From a virus: DNA of 64,000 nucleotides. The stretch spans positions 21,920 to 85,919 of IMG/VR virus record IMGVR_UViG_3300048837_000614. One strand, 5' to 3'. The first letter of the stretch is position 1. Each line of letters begins with the position of its first letter. The notes under the pieces were generated by a model. The model had not been told where the DNA came from and did no database searches. It was given only the letters and a program-made list of their open reading frames with translations. The position numbers were made by a program, and so were the translations under genes. Shown piece after piece: positions 30,284-40,087 of this stretch.

Positions 30284-30801
30284 TTTTTGTTCTCCTGGTT
30301 TAAGTAGTAGTATGCGTGTCTAATTGCATCTACAATATGATTTGATATTCTTATTCCTTCAAAAAACCATTGCACTTTATCTGCTTTTGTCGTTTTAAAC
30401 GTTAATCTATCTTCCGTCTTATTGACTAAACCTAACAACACGTTATTTTTCTTTAATACAGATTTAATTTGCTGTGCTTTTTGTCTTACTATTTTTTTAC
30501 CTTGTTCTTCTTCGAAGTCACAAATAACACCGATCAACTCACTTGTCTCTAATTCTTGGTTAAATAATGAAGAAGCCGTAGATTGATATAAGATAAAATT
30601 TTCAATAACTAAAACATCATGGATATATAACCTTGCTATTGATTTGTGTTTAGAGAAGTACTGTTCTCTTGTATCGAATTCTTTAGCTTTGATGTTTCCT
30701 AAACCTATGATTTTTCCTGTTTCATCATCAACTACACACCAACCCGAAGTTCCACTTCCATGTTTAAATGAACCGCTTGGATCTATTGCTAATATTCTCA
30801 T
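30280..30801 (-). CDS. ruvC: RuvC-like Holliday junction resolvase
   Basis: RILAIDP, VLVIEN and NHIVDAIRH catalytic pattern. Confidence 0.75.
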   Translation of the reverse strand: MRILAIDPSGSFKHGSGTSGWCVVDDETGKIIGLGNIKAKEFDTREQYFSKHKSIARLYIHDVLVIENFILYQSTASSLFNQELETSELIGVICDFEEEQGKKIVRQKAQQIKSVLKKNNVLLGLVNKTEDRLTFKTTKADKVQWFFEGIRISNHIVDAIRHAYYYLNQENKK

Positions 30802-31013
30802 TCTAATTCAACTCCTAACGATTCAGCGTATTCATCTACATATTGGTCGTAGTTGTTAGTGAAAATTTCATCCTCATATTCATCTCGTGGTCCTCGATAA
30901 TCATCTAACTCTCCTATGTTTTCGCCTATTGATTGTAAGGCACTTTCCTTAATTCTATCTTCATATAGTTTTTCAAAGTCACTTCTCTTCATTTTTTTTC
31001 TTGTATTTGACAT
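30798..31013 (-). CDS. Small acidic hypothetical protein
   Basis: ORF with purine-rich RBS; coupled to its neighbours. Confidence 0.6.
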   Translation of the reverse strand: MSNTRKKMKRSDFEKLYEDRIKESALQSIGENIGELDDYRGPRDEYEDEIFTNNYDQYVDEYAESLGVELE

Positions 31014-32019
31014 TTGTTCTTTCCTCTTCCAATCTTTTTTCTAATTCTTTTAGTGTCTTGTGAACATCACTAATCAAAGCTATAACGCTTTTGTTTTCTA
31101 ATGCTGGTGGTTGATACCAATTTGAGTTTTCTATTACATTCCAAAGATCTAAATCGTTTTTGTGGTATTTCATGAAGAAGTCGGTTAAATCTTCCTTTTC
31201 TTCTTTTGCCACCGTTGTTAAATCTCCATCTTTTTCATTAAAAACATCTGAAACGTTTAATACTTTTATTTCTCTCGAATACCGATATAACCATTCAGCT
31301 AAATCTAATGCGCCTTCCATACCTGCCTTATCGTTGTCGTAAGCGATATAGATTTTTTTGTCTCTAAAAAGATTTTTGTAATAATGTGGTTTTGCTTTTT
31401 CTCCACCTAAAATTGTTACTGCATTAAAACCAAATTTTGTCGCTTGCAACATATCTTTTTCGCCTGCAGCAACTAAGATATAATCTAAATCTTGGTTAAA
31501 AGTTTTTGTTGTTGTTATAATTCCTGTAATTGCTGATGCTGAATTTCTATACTTTGGCACTTCTCCTGGACAAAATTGACAAAGGTTAATGATTTGTCCT
31601 TTGTAAAAAGTTGGTAAGGTTAATCTATTTTGATATATACCCATTCTTGCCGTTTCAACAATACTTAGTAAGTCCAACTCTTTTAAATATTTGTAAATAT
31701 TTGAATCTTCGTTTTTTAATTCTTCAATAAGTCTTTCTTGATTTTTTTTCCATTTTGTTTTACTTGGCATAAAAAGTCTTGTTTCTTTTAACATTTTATT
31801 AAATTTCTCTGCTTGTTTTAGACTGCAGTTTAAATACGCCGATGTGAACCAATCTTCATTTGTAAAACCTCTCCCACAAACGAAACAGTTGAAGGCACCT
31901 TCTTCGTTAATACCACAAGATGGCACCTTCTCTAAATACTGTTTACCTGTTTTATTGTGTTTATGTGGAAAAGGACAAAGATTTTGCTCACCTACTTTTA
32001 ATTTTAGAGCTTTATACAT
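30979..32019 (-). CDS. DNA primase (zinc-binding domain plus TOPRIM), no helicase domain
   Basis: CPFPH...CFVC zinc domain; AGEKD and YDNDKAG TOPRIM motifs; EDLTDF. Start moved to MYKALK, after AGGAG. Confidence 0.85.
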   Translation of the reverse strand: MYKALKLKVGEQNLCPFPHKHNKTGKQYLEKVPSCGINEEGAFNCFVCGRGFTNEDWFTSAYLNCSLKQAEKFNKMLKETRLFMPSKTKWKKNQERLIEELKNEDSNIYKYLKELDLLSIVETARMGIYQNRLTLPTFYKGQIINLCQFCPGEVPKYRNSASAITGIITTTKTFNQDLDYILVAAGEKDMLQATKFGFNAVTILGGEKAKPHYYKNLFRDKKIYIAYDNDKAGMEGALDLAEWLYRYSREIKVLNVSDVFNEKDGDLTTVAKEEKEDLTDFFMKYHKNDLDLWNVIENSNWYQPPALENKSVIALISDVHKTLKELEKRLEEERTNVKYKKKNEEK

Positions 32020-32032
32020 CGTCCTATCTCCT

Positions 32033-32686
32033 TTATTTTCCTGTGGATCCAATTCCACCGATTCTTTGTTCTGATACAGGCACATCGTTATCTACTGTTA
32101 AGTAATTAACGAATACTGCTTGAAAAATTTTATCACCTTTTTTAACTTCGAATGGTTTATCGCTTGTGTTGTGAAGCGAAACGTGAATTTCTCCTTCGTT
32201 TTGTGGATTGTTATAATAATCTGAATCGATAACACCTGTTCCGTTTGTTAAACGAATTCCATGTTTGATACCTAAGCTTGAACGTGGATAACAAAGCAAC
32301 ACTTCGTTCTCTCTCATATAGGCTTTAATTCCCGTTCTAAAGAGTTTTTTGTCGTTTGGCATAACTACTCCATCTTCATACGCAAAGAAGTCGTAGCCAG
32401 CCGATTTCGTTGTTCCTCGTTGTGGTAGACGTGCATCTTGACAATTCGATACTGTTTCAAAACCTCTTACCTTACCTTTTTTGTTTCTTTCTACAAATTC
32501 AAAATCTTCAATAGGGTAATCTGGTTCTCCTTCGATGTCTTTTCCTTTATAACAAATTCTTGCGTTTTTGTCATACTCCGGCATTAAATTGACATCACAA
32601 TAATATAGACCTGTTACTAAATCTTGATATAACGGCCTACTCCAACTGTCTGTTTTTTCTAAACTAACTAGATATTTGATTCTCAT
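32033..32686 (-). CDS. dut: Trimeric dUTPase with an extra ~70-aa N-terminal domain
   Basis: Motifs SAGYDF, PRSS, GVIDSDY, GDKIFQ and RIGGIGSTG. Confidence 0.92.
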   Translation of the reverse strand: MRIKYLVSLEKTDSWSRPLYQDLVTGLYYCDVNLMPEYDKNARICYKGKDIEGEPDYPIEDFEFVERNKKGKVRGFETVSNCQDARLPQRGTTKSAGYDFFAYEDGVVMPNDKKLFRTGIKAYMRENEVLLCYPRSSLGIKHGIRLTNGTGVIDSDYYNNPQNEGEIHVSLHNTSDKPFEVKKGDKIFQAVFVNYLTVDNDVPVSEQRIGGIGSTGK

Positions 32687-34313
32687 GTCCTTCTCCTTTT
32701 AAATTTTGTAATTGCACAAGGTTATTATACTTTATTGAACTTGCAATCTCTTTAATTTCTTCGTAAAAATCTGTGCTTTTGTTTTGAACACCATGAATTT
32801 GATCTATGGATAATTCTTTTCCATTTAGGTTCCATGAAACAATTTCTCCATCTGTTTCTTTTTTTCCTTCAGGCACTGCAATGTAGATTATTCTTTGTTG
32901 TTTGTATACTTTTATATGAAATTCATTTGTGACTAAACAATTTCTAAACTTAGTTGCTGTTTCTTGGAAGTCTTTGAATGTTCTTAAGGGGACAAAAGTA
33001 AAATGCCCTATTTTTAACTCTTTGAATGTGCTTGTCACTTCTTCTAAAGATTTCGCCATCTTTCTTTTTTCTGCCTTAATTTTGTTTTCTCTTCTTTTTT
33101 CTTCTGTTCTTATTGTTTGGATAATTTCAGCTTTTTTTCTTTCGAACTCTTCAATTATAGCTTCTCTTTCTTTTCTACCTTTGAAGATGTATTCATGCTG
33201 ATTTAAACCTAAGAAATAACAGCAGCCTGCAAAGTGATTCAATTCTTCCCATGTTGATCCTGTGTTTAAAAGATTGATTACTCTATATAATACTTTAGCA
33301 TTTACACTTGAATAAGAGGTTTTATTTTTAACTTCACTTTCGTAATAGTATCCATCTCCTCTTTTTTTTATGACTTCTCTATCGTATCTTTCGCTTTTAA
33401 ATGTATTGGCGTGGGATATTTGGCTTCTTCCAAAGTAGCTTAAACCAAATGTATCCGTAATCATTTTGTAGTCTTTTGGGTCATTTCCAGACTTATGAAT
33501 TGAAAACATCAAATCTAATTCTTCCTTTTTGATATTTTTAGGTATTGATTTTTTGTTTTTTCTTAAGAAATCATATTTCTGTTTACTTAGCGTTCTATCG
33601 ACTAACTGTGTATATCCCATTTTCAACAACACTTCAGTCATCCCTGGGTCTTGATTTAATACTTTTTGAAACCAACTGTAATCTATGTACCAATTTTTTT
33701 GGATTCGTTCTTCAGTGTTGTATTTATAATACTCATTGATTTCTAATTCTCTAAAGCTTTTGTGATATTCTTTTTTACCACTCCAAACACTACCCGGTGT
33801 TCTTAACTTCCCTAAATCATATTGATAGATAAAACTATCGTATGTTGTTTTGTAGTTATATCCACCCATTCCTGTGTAGTTCTTCTTTTCGTTGACTAAC
33901 CCTACTTTTTGTTTAAAGTCTATTGCTTCAGTCATTACGAATTGATTTCTTTCGTGTGTGAAGTTTTCTTTGTTGAAGTCTGAATGATTTCTATAATAAA
34001 CAAACTCCCAATAAAGAACTGATCTATTCTTCACTTCTACATAGTTAAATGTAAAGTATCTATCCCTATATGGGTCTCTTTGTTTCTTTATGACATAATC
34101 TAAATATTGTTGTACTGTATTTTTGAATGCTTTTTGAATCAGTCTTTTTGATGGTATTAGATTTTTAGCTTCTTTTATGTTATCACTGTAAACAAAATCA
34201 GCCATCATAAAATCTGGTATCTTAAATGGATCTTTTACATACTTTTGTGCTATCTCTAATCTTTTTTTTATTCTTTTTGTTTTTTCTTCTTTGGTTACTT
34301 TTTCTTGTTCCAT
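32664..34313 (-). CDS. PcfJ-like domain protein
   Basis: C-terminal FVPLRTFKDFQETATKFRNCL...QIHGVQN pattern; EVLLKMGY in the middle. Confidence 0.65.
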   Translation of the reverse strand: MEQEKVTKEEKTKRIKKRLEIAQKYVKDPFKIPDFMMADFVYSDNIKEAKNLIPSKRLIQKAFKNTVQQYLDYVIKKQRDPYRDRYFTFNYVEVKNRSVLYWEFVYYRNHSDFNKENFTHERNQFVMTEAIDFKQKVGLVNEKKNYTGMGGYNYKTTYDSFIYQYDLGKLRTPGSVWSGKKEYHKSFRELEINEYYKYNTEERIQKNWYIDYSWFQKVLNQDPGMTEVLLKMGYTQLVDRTLSKQKYDFLRKNKKSIPKNIKKEELDLMFSIHKSGNDPKDYKMITDTFGLSYFGRSQISHANTFKSERYDREVIKKRGDGYYYESEVKNKTSYSSVNAKVLYRVINLLNTGSTWEELNHFAGCCYFLGLNQHEYIFKGRKEREAIIEEFERKKAEIIQTIRTEEKRRENKIKAEKRKMAKSLEEVTSTFKELKIGHFTFVPLRTFKDFQETATKFRNCLVTNEFHIKVYKQQRIIYIAVPEGKKETDGEIVSWNLNGKELSIDQIHGVQNKSTDFYEEIKEIASSIKYNNLVQLQNLKGEGHENQISS

Positions 34314-34323
34314 GTTTTCTCCT

Positions 34324-35148
34324 TTACTTGAACTGAAATGTTTTTGATTGTTTAACCTTAACTTTCATTTTTATAGATTCATTTTTTTCTAAGTAGTTTT
34401 TTATTTTTTCTATGTGTGTTAAGTGGTCTTTGTGTACTTCACAAATGATTTCATCGTGAATAAATGCGTGTAGTGCAAATTTTTCTCCACTTTTTTCATG
34501 TAGTCTGATGAGCTTTTTTTTCATAAAATCAGCTTCTAAACGTTGTGCTATGTGACTTAATTTTACATTATTTTCGTAATCATTGATATCTACTTCGAAC
34601 CAATCTTGATAAACTTTTGTTGCTTTTGATATTTCTTTTTCGTCTAATTCTAAGACAAAATTTCTTTCTAATGTTCTTTTTGTTCCACCAAAACTTAATG
34701 GTAACATGATATCTTTACATAATTGTCTGTTGTGAATGCCTGTTTCTTTTGCAAATTCTGTGTAAATATCTAAGTCTTTTTCAAATATTTCTTTCACTTT
34801 TTTTAGGTTTTTATATGCTGCTAAATGCCTCATTTGACTTCCTGAAAAATCAAAACTAACAAAAATATAGTCTTCTCTTGGGATTATTAATTCTTTTATG
34901 TACTTGTCTAAAATGGGTTTGTTAGGCAATAATACATACTTCGCAAATATTCTTCCTGTCTTATAAGTTGTTAAATCATGTTCAAAAAACAAAGGTTGTT
35001 TAAACATAAATTTGTATCTTTTAACACTTCTTATATCTTCCATTTCTTTGGCGTTTTCATCCAAATACTTCTTAATTCGTTGCCAATCACTTCTCAGATA
35101 CCATTCCTTTTTGGATAGGTACTCTAATACTTTTTCGATTTTTGTCAT
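34324..35148 (-). CDS. Minimal family-A DNA polymerase (catalytic domain only, 274 aa)
   Basis: TYKTGRI, motif A FDFSGSQMR, DIY, motif B RQLCKDIMLPLSFG, motif C FIHDEI. Confidence 0.85.
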   Translation of the reverse strand: MTKIEKVLEYLSKKEWYLRSDWQRIKKYLDENAKEMEDIRSVKRYKFMFKQPLFFEHDLTTYKTGRIFAKYVLLPNKPILDKYIKELIIPREDYIFVSFDFSGSQMRHLAAYKNLKKVKEIFEKDLDIYTEFAKETGIHNRQLCKDIMLPLSFGGTKRTLERNFVLELDEKEISKATKVYQDWFEVDINDYENNVKLSHIAQRLEADFMKKKLIRLHEKSGEKFALHAFIHDEIICEVHKDHLTHIEKIKNYLEKNESIKMKVKVKQSKTFQFK

Positions 35149-35154
35149 GTTATT

Positions 35155-35204
35155 AAAAAAAGAAAAAAGGCCTTACATAACTTTCGTTAATGCCTTTTGT
35201 CTTT
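35155..35204 (-). terminator. Terminator-like hairpin between the SSB and polymerase genes
   Basis: Minus strand AAAAGGC...GCCTTTT followed by a long T-tract. Confidence 0.55.
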
Positions 35205-35223
35205 ATCCCTTCGGGTTTATTTT

Positions 35224-35814
35224 TTATAGATCGTCATCATCGTCATCATCATCATCTTCTTCTGATGCTAACTTTTTAGATTCTTTAATATTTTTTTCTT
35301 TTTCTTCTTTTAGAAGATCTACAATTTTCATCTTTCTCTTTTCAGCAAATTCTTCTGCATCCTCTAGCGTTGCTAATGGATCAATGAATGTATTGATATT
35401 TGTTGCGTCATTGCCTTGATAGATTGAATTCTTTGTTGCTACATAGAATGTAACTTTTTCTTTGATAAGTTTTCCAATAACTTGATTTGAGTCAGCATCT
35501 TCTAATTTTTTTAGAAGTCTTTCATCATCTTCGAATGCTTTTTTAGCGATATTTGTTAAGGCTAATAGGAAATTATAACCTTCTGGGACAATGTCGCCTT
35601 CTTCATTTTGGTAATAGATTCTTGCCATGCTTGTTCTGTTGTTTTCAAATTGGAACTTTAAAAAATGGTAATTGTAACCTTTTCTTTTCGATTCTTTTTT
35701 TTCATCAACTGCATCTTCGTTTCCAACTAGAACTACTTTATATAGTCCTTCTTCCTTTAAATAAAGAAAACCTGTTGCTTTCTTTTCTGCGTTTTTAGGT
35801 AATTTTAGTGCCAT
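35224..35814 (-). CDS. Putative single-stranded DNA-binding protein
   Basis: EEGLYKVVLV OB-like start and poly-Asp acidic C-terminal tail; next to the ERF and polymerase genes. Confidence 0.7.
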   Translation of the reverse strand: MALKLPKNAEKKATGFLYLKEEGLYKVVLVGNEDAVDEKKESKRKGYNYHFLKFQFENNRTSMARIYYQNEEGDIVPEGYNFLLALTNIAKKAFEDDERLLKKLEDADSNQVIGKLIKEKVTFYVATKNSIYQGNDATNINTFIDPLATLEDAEEFAEKRKMKIVDLLKEEKEKNIKESKKLASEEDDDDDDDDDL

Positions 35815-35816
35815 TT

Positions 35817-36698
35817 TTATTCTTCTCCTTCGGATTCTTTTTTAGTATATTTTTCTTCTAAATCTTTGTAAAATTGTTGTGCTTCTTCTAAAGTCATTGT
35901 TCCTAATTTTCTACCATTTAATTCTTTGACGATATCATCACGAACGAATTCCTTTTTGATTTGACTTCTTAATTCTGCTGCATCATCTTGTAGACGTTTG
36001 TCTTTAGGTGTTGCTTCTTCTTTTTTTGTTTCTTTTTTGTCTTTCTTTGTGCCTTCTTCTAAGACTAAGTTTTTATCTAACTTGCCTTTTTTCTCAATCT
36101 TATCTTCTTTTGTTTCTTGGAAATCATAAAGTTGATTATAGGTATATCTTTGGAAGTAGGTTGAAATCGCACCAAGGTTTTGTGGCTCGAAGAAATCTAA
36201 ATACAATGTTTTCCAAGCATCTCTTGGTTCTGCAATTCTTAAGATTTCATTCTTAAGTTCGTATGGATCAGTGACTTGTTTTAGATTAGTGATGTCGATT
36301 TCTGTATACGTGATAGTATTTCCTGTTAAAATATCAATCAAATCTCTTCTTACGATGTTTTTGATTATAGGAACACTTACTCCTGCACCTTCGATACCAG
36401 GGTTTATAAGTCTTGTTTCTTCTGTGTAAACACTTGTTAGAAAATATTTAAGCTCTAATGTTGTAAATACTTTTTGCATGTCCTGTAAAGACACATAAAA
36501 ATATTGTGATTTATAACCTGCTTCTTCTTTTTCTAGACTAATTCCTCTTATTTCTGCCTTTAGTAATGCAAATCTTAACCAAGGTGGCATAAGTTTATAG
36601 TCTGGCTCTTTAGCTTCTGTCACTTCTTCCACCTTTTTCTTTTTTGTTTCTTTTTTATCTGTCGGATCTTGTTGGTCTTTTAATTCTTTTTCATCCAT
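35817..36698 (-). CDS. ERF-family ssDNA annealing protein
   Basis: QNLGAISTYFQRY matches the ERF Q..G...TY.RRY motif. Confidence 0.75.
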   Translation of the reverse strand: MDEKELKDQQDPTDKKETKKKKVEEVTEAKEPDYKLMPPWLRFALLKAEIRGISLEKEEAGYKSQYFYVSLQDMQKVFTTLELKYFLTSVYTEETRLINPGIEGAGVSVPIIKNIVRRDLIDILTGNTITYTEIDITNLKQVTDPYELKNEILRIAEPRDAWKTLYLDFFEPQNLGAISTYFQRYTYNQLYDFQETKEDKIEKKGKLDKNLVLEEGTKKDKKETKKEEATPKDKRLQDDAAELRSQIKKEFVRDDIVKELNGRKLGTMTLEEAQQFYKDLEEKYTKKESEGEE

Positions 36699-38325
36699 TG
36701 TTTCTTTTCCTTCTTTCTATGAATTTTTTATAATCATTGATGATCTCTGTTGTTGATTTCTTTAAGATTAAAGCGTTATTTATGATTGTATCTATTGTTT
36801 CAGGTACTTGTAATATGATGAATTCTTTTTCTCCAAAATATTCTTGTGCTTCTGGTGTTGTTGCATCAAGCCTATGACCTAATTGTTCCATGTCTGATGG
36901 TACCCAAACTTGGTCCAAAGCGATTGCTGTATTAAGTCCTTCTATGGAAATGCCCTCTTTGCAAGTTCCTATAGTTCCTAATAATATTATATCACTTTTT
37001 TTACTTTTTTTATTTATTATATCTTGGATTTTGATACTTTCTTCATCTTTTGTTTTCCCTGTTATTTCATAAAACACTTTACTCGGAAACTCTTTTTGTA
37101 TCTCTTTTTTAATTAAAGATATAGCTTCTTCTCTTGCTGAAAATATTGCAACATTCTTTTCTGGATTATCCATTAAGTAATCTAATACAAACTCCGTTTT
37201 ACAACCGTGTGTCTTTGCTTTTATTTGTTTTAGTATCTTTGGGTTTATGACTATACTTGAGTAGTGTGTCATTTGTTCTAAAGTGTTTAAGATAAATGAA
37301 TCTCCTATCCTGCCATTCTCCATTAAATCATTTTCTAAAGTCTTTTGTTCATTATTCAACTCTAACTCCATATATGTTTTTTTGGGTGGTATGAGCCACT
37401 TCATAGACTCTTTTTGCTTGTTATTTGAACTACAGTAATCTAAGATTTCTTGTAATTCTTTTTGTTTTTCTTCTGACTTGTAACCCTTGATTTCTCTTCC
37501 ACCCATGAAGTTTCTATCTACATCAAAGAAGTAGTATGCGAATGTCCAATAACTATCGAACGTACTTGGCATAATAAATTGTAATGTTGCGAAAGTGTCT
37601 TCCGGTGTGTTTACACTTGGCGTTCCACTTAATGGGTATCTATGTTCCGCTACTTTGCCTACTTTTAAAATTGATTTATTGATAGGCATTAAGCCTGTTT
37701 CATCGTTTATTTCTTTTTGTTTTTTAGACATTTTTTGTCTATTACCTTTTGAGTTTCTTAAGACGTGAGCTTCATCAAGTATTACAACTTTTGGTTTCCA
37801 TTTCAAGATTGTGTCAAGTGAAAACCTTACCCTTGCATACGTTGAAACATACACATTGTAATTAGGATCAAACTCTCCTTCAAACTTTTTAGCAGTCACA
37901 TTAGCCCATTCATTAAACCTTTTTATCCAGTTTCCTGTTACTTTCCCAGGGGACATTACGAATACTTTTTCACCTATTAGATTTTTTCTTTCAATAAGTT
38001 TAATAACTGTTGGCGTCTTACCTAATCTTGGTTCATCAAAGATAGCAAATGATTTTAGATCTTCAGCGTAATCTACAATTTTTTGTTGGTAATCTCTTAA
38101 CCTTAACTCTGTTTTTTCTTCTCCTTCTTCAAGTTGACCTTTTAACAGCGTGTTTTTTCTTTCGATTGCCTCATTGTATATTGTTACTTTTTCATCATAT
38201 TCTTCTTGATCTATGTCGCCAAGCTTTAATAGACGCAATAAAAGGGTCGGAGTTTCTAACAACTTCATGACCCTTTGCTTGCCTTCTACTTTGGTATAGA
38301 TTTCAACGAAACCTACTTTTTTCAT
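36691..38325 (-). CDS. SNF2-family (SF2) helicase
   Basis: LRDYQ, DEPRLGKT, ILDEAH, LSGTP, KEGIS, WVPSDMEQ..HR. Confidence 0.88.
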   Translation of the reverse strand: MKKVGFVEIYTKVEGKQRVMKLLETPTLLLRLLKLGDIDQEEYDEKVTIYNEAIERKNTLLKGQLEEGEEKTELRLRDYQQKIVDYAEDLKSFAIFDEPRLGKTPTVIKLIERKNLIGEKVFVMSPGKVTGNWIKRFNEWANVTAKKFEGEFDPNYNVYVSTYARVRFSLDTILKWKPKVVILDEAHVLRNSKGNRQKMSKKQKEINDETGLMPINKSILKVGKVAEHRYPLSGTPSVNTPEDTFATLQFIMPSTFDSYWTFAYYFFDVDRNFMGGREIKGYKSEEKQKELQEILDYCSSNNKQKESMKWLIPPKKTYMELELNNEQKTLENDLMENGRIGDSFILNTLEQMTHYSSIVINPKILKQIKAKTHGCKTEFVLDYLMDNPEKNVAIFSAREEAISLIKKEIQKEFPSKVFYEITGKTKDEESIKIQDIINKKSKKSDIILLGTIGTCKEGISIEGLNTAIALDQVWVPSDMEQLGHRLDATTPEAQEYFGEKEFIILQVPETIDTIINNALILKKSTTEIINDYKKFIERRKRNNG

Positions 38326-39353
38326 TTCTTAACTTTTGTTTCCTTTTTTTTAACAGGTGTCACAGTCAATCTTCCTTTTACATTAGTAATAGATGTATAA
38401 GTTTCTTTTTCTTCTTCAGTTAAAGATTCCTTTACCTCATCTACTGTAATTAGCTTATATTCTTCTTGTCCGTTTTCAACTAAGAACTCATTCACTGCTT
38501 TTAATTTAGCCAAATTCTTTTCTTCGGTTGCTTTTGTGTAGTCTACATTTCTTCTTACACCTGGTTCAGTATAAGTTATTTTGAAATCTTCTAACTCTAA
38601 TGTTTTGATTGCTGAATCTGCCATGTAGTTTTCTATTTCTTTGTAGTAACCATCAAGCTTCTTTTGTTCTTCATCTAATAAGGCTTTGTATTCTTGGACT
38701 TTTGAGAATGTTTGGGATAAAACTTTCATATTTACAACTTCCGAAAGTTCTGTTCCTTCAGTATATTTTTCATCAAGTTGATAGCATTCCAACATCTTTA
38801 GAATGTTCTCTTTCTTTAAATCTTTTAACTGAATGGCTGTGAATCTATCGTCTTTTTCATTGTAATGGATAACCCACTTTTCTGTTTCTTGGAAGAATTC
38901 TTCATCGTCCATAAAAGAGTAAGTGTTCGTTTGCCAAGTTACTTTGTTAATGTAGATTTCATAAGTTGCTTTAAGGTCAACGATTGCTTTTTTACCTGTG
39001 ATAACATTTCTTCCTTTGAAATCTCCTGTTCCAGCTAATGCAAATGGTTTTAGAATACCAAATCTTGGCTGTGCATATTGCATGTCCAATCCTTTTTCTT
39101 GTAATGCTTTTAAGAATCTTTCTTGCCATTCTGTTAATTCAAATGGGTCATTGATAGCTTCTTCTGCTAATTTGTCATAATAGTTTCCTTTTTCTGATGC
39201 CGCCTCAACTTTAGCCATTAAAACTTTATTATTTTCATCGAAACCCTTGTCAATTCCTACCGCTTTTAATAATTGTGTTACTGAAATTGCATCTATACCA
39301 TCAACTTTATATGTGTGGTTTTCTGCGTAATACTCTATTTTGTGCTTACCCAT
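38322..39353 (-). CDS. PD-(D/E)xK exonuclease (Cas4-like/phage recombination nuclease)
   Basis: SVTQLL, LAGTGD, IVDLKAT, WQTNTY. Confidence 0.75.
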   Translation of the reverse strand: MGKHKIEYYAENHTYKVDGIDAISVTQLLKAVGIDKGFDENNKVLMAKVEAASEKGNYYDKLAEEAINDPFELTEWQERFLKALQEKGLDMQYAQPRFGILKPFALAGTGDFKGRNVITGKKAIVDLKATYEIYINKVTWQTNTYSFMDDEEFFQETEKWVIHYNEKDDRFTAIQLKDLKKENILKMLECYQLDEKYTEGTELSEVVNMKVLSQTFSKVQEYKALLDEEQKKLDGYYKEIENYMADSAIKTLELEDFKITYTEPGVRRNVDYTKATEEKNLAKLKAVNEFLVENGQEEYKLITVDEVKESLTEEEKETYTSITNVKGRLTVTPVKKKETKVKK

Positions 39354-39362
39354 TTTTTCCTC

Positions 39363-39764
39363 CTAATATGGACTGTCATCGTCAATTTCTTTTACTTTTT
39401 CTTGTATCAGTTTATAAACTGTTAAAAGTTTTTGTAAGGATAGATCTTTTAGCTTTTTTCCTTCGGTAACTTCCTTAAAGTAATCTTCTAATTTATGATA
39501 TCTAACTTTTATTGTGATTTGTTCTTGTATGCCTTCTTTTGTTAGATATTCTGGATTAGATGTTACCACTCTTGTTAATCTTTGAAGAAGTAGTTTTGTT
39601 TCGTCTGTATCATAAAGATTGTAGTTGAATACGAATTGTTCAGTTTCTTCTTCTGAAAGTTCTATTTCGTTATTTGAATCAAGATACAAGATTTTACTTT
39701 GCAAATCTAAATGAATCACCTTATCTAAGTTGATTAGGTGGTTTCCAATGTGAACTATTTTCAT
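39363..39764 (-). CDS. Hypothetical protein
   Basis: ATGA coupling; packed operon. Confidence 0.6.
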   Translation of the reverse strand: MKIVHIGNHLINLDKVIHLDLQSKILYLDSNNEIELSEEETEQFVFNYNLYDTDETKLLLQRLTRVVTSNPEYLTKEGIQEQITIKVRYHKLEDYFKEVTEGKKLKDLSLQKLLTVYKLIQEKVKEIDDDSPY

Positions 39765-40087
39765 TCTAACATCCCTTCTGGAATGAGTAATACATTCCCT
39801 ACATATTTATTTTTACCATTTTTATCGCCATAATTCCACCAAAAACCGTGATTAACGGGAAGATTTTTGATTAAACCTTCCTCGTCAACTACGATTGTGT
39901 AATTTTTGTTATCTATTGATATTGATCCTGCTATTTCGATATAACCACCTACAGCTTCTTGCATTTCTTCTAATTCGTAAGTTTTACCGTTTTTAGGCTC
40001 AAGATGTTCAATAGTTAAATTAGCGATTCCTTGTGCATCTATCGTTTCTTTGTCTAATTTGTAAAGTATCGCTGTTGTCTTTTTCAT
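39761..40087 (-). CDS. DUF3846-like protein
   Basis: LEEMQEAVGGYIE...VDEEGLIKNLPVN...VGNVLL. Confidence 0.75.
   Translation of the reverse strand: MKKTTAILYKLDKETIDAQGIANLTIEHLEPKNGKTYELEEMQEAVGGYIEIAGSISIDNKNYTIVVDEEGLIKNLPVNHGFWWNYGDKNGKNKYVGNVLLIPEGMLE

Noticed and set aside
35149-35223. Frameshift or intron joining the mini-PolA to an upstream exonuclease
   Set aside because: In-frame stops and a terminator lie upstream; the upstream gene is SSB-like and no adjacent exonuclease fragment is visible.
38322-39353. Cas4 as part of a CRISPR system
   Set aside because: No Fe-S cysteine set, no cas genes or array; the context is a phage recombination module.
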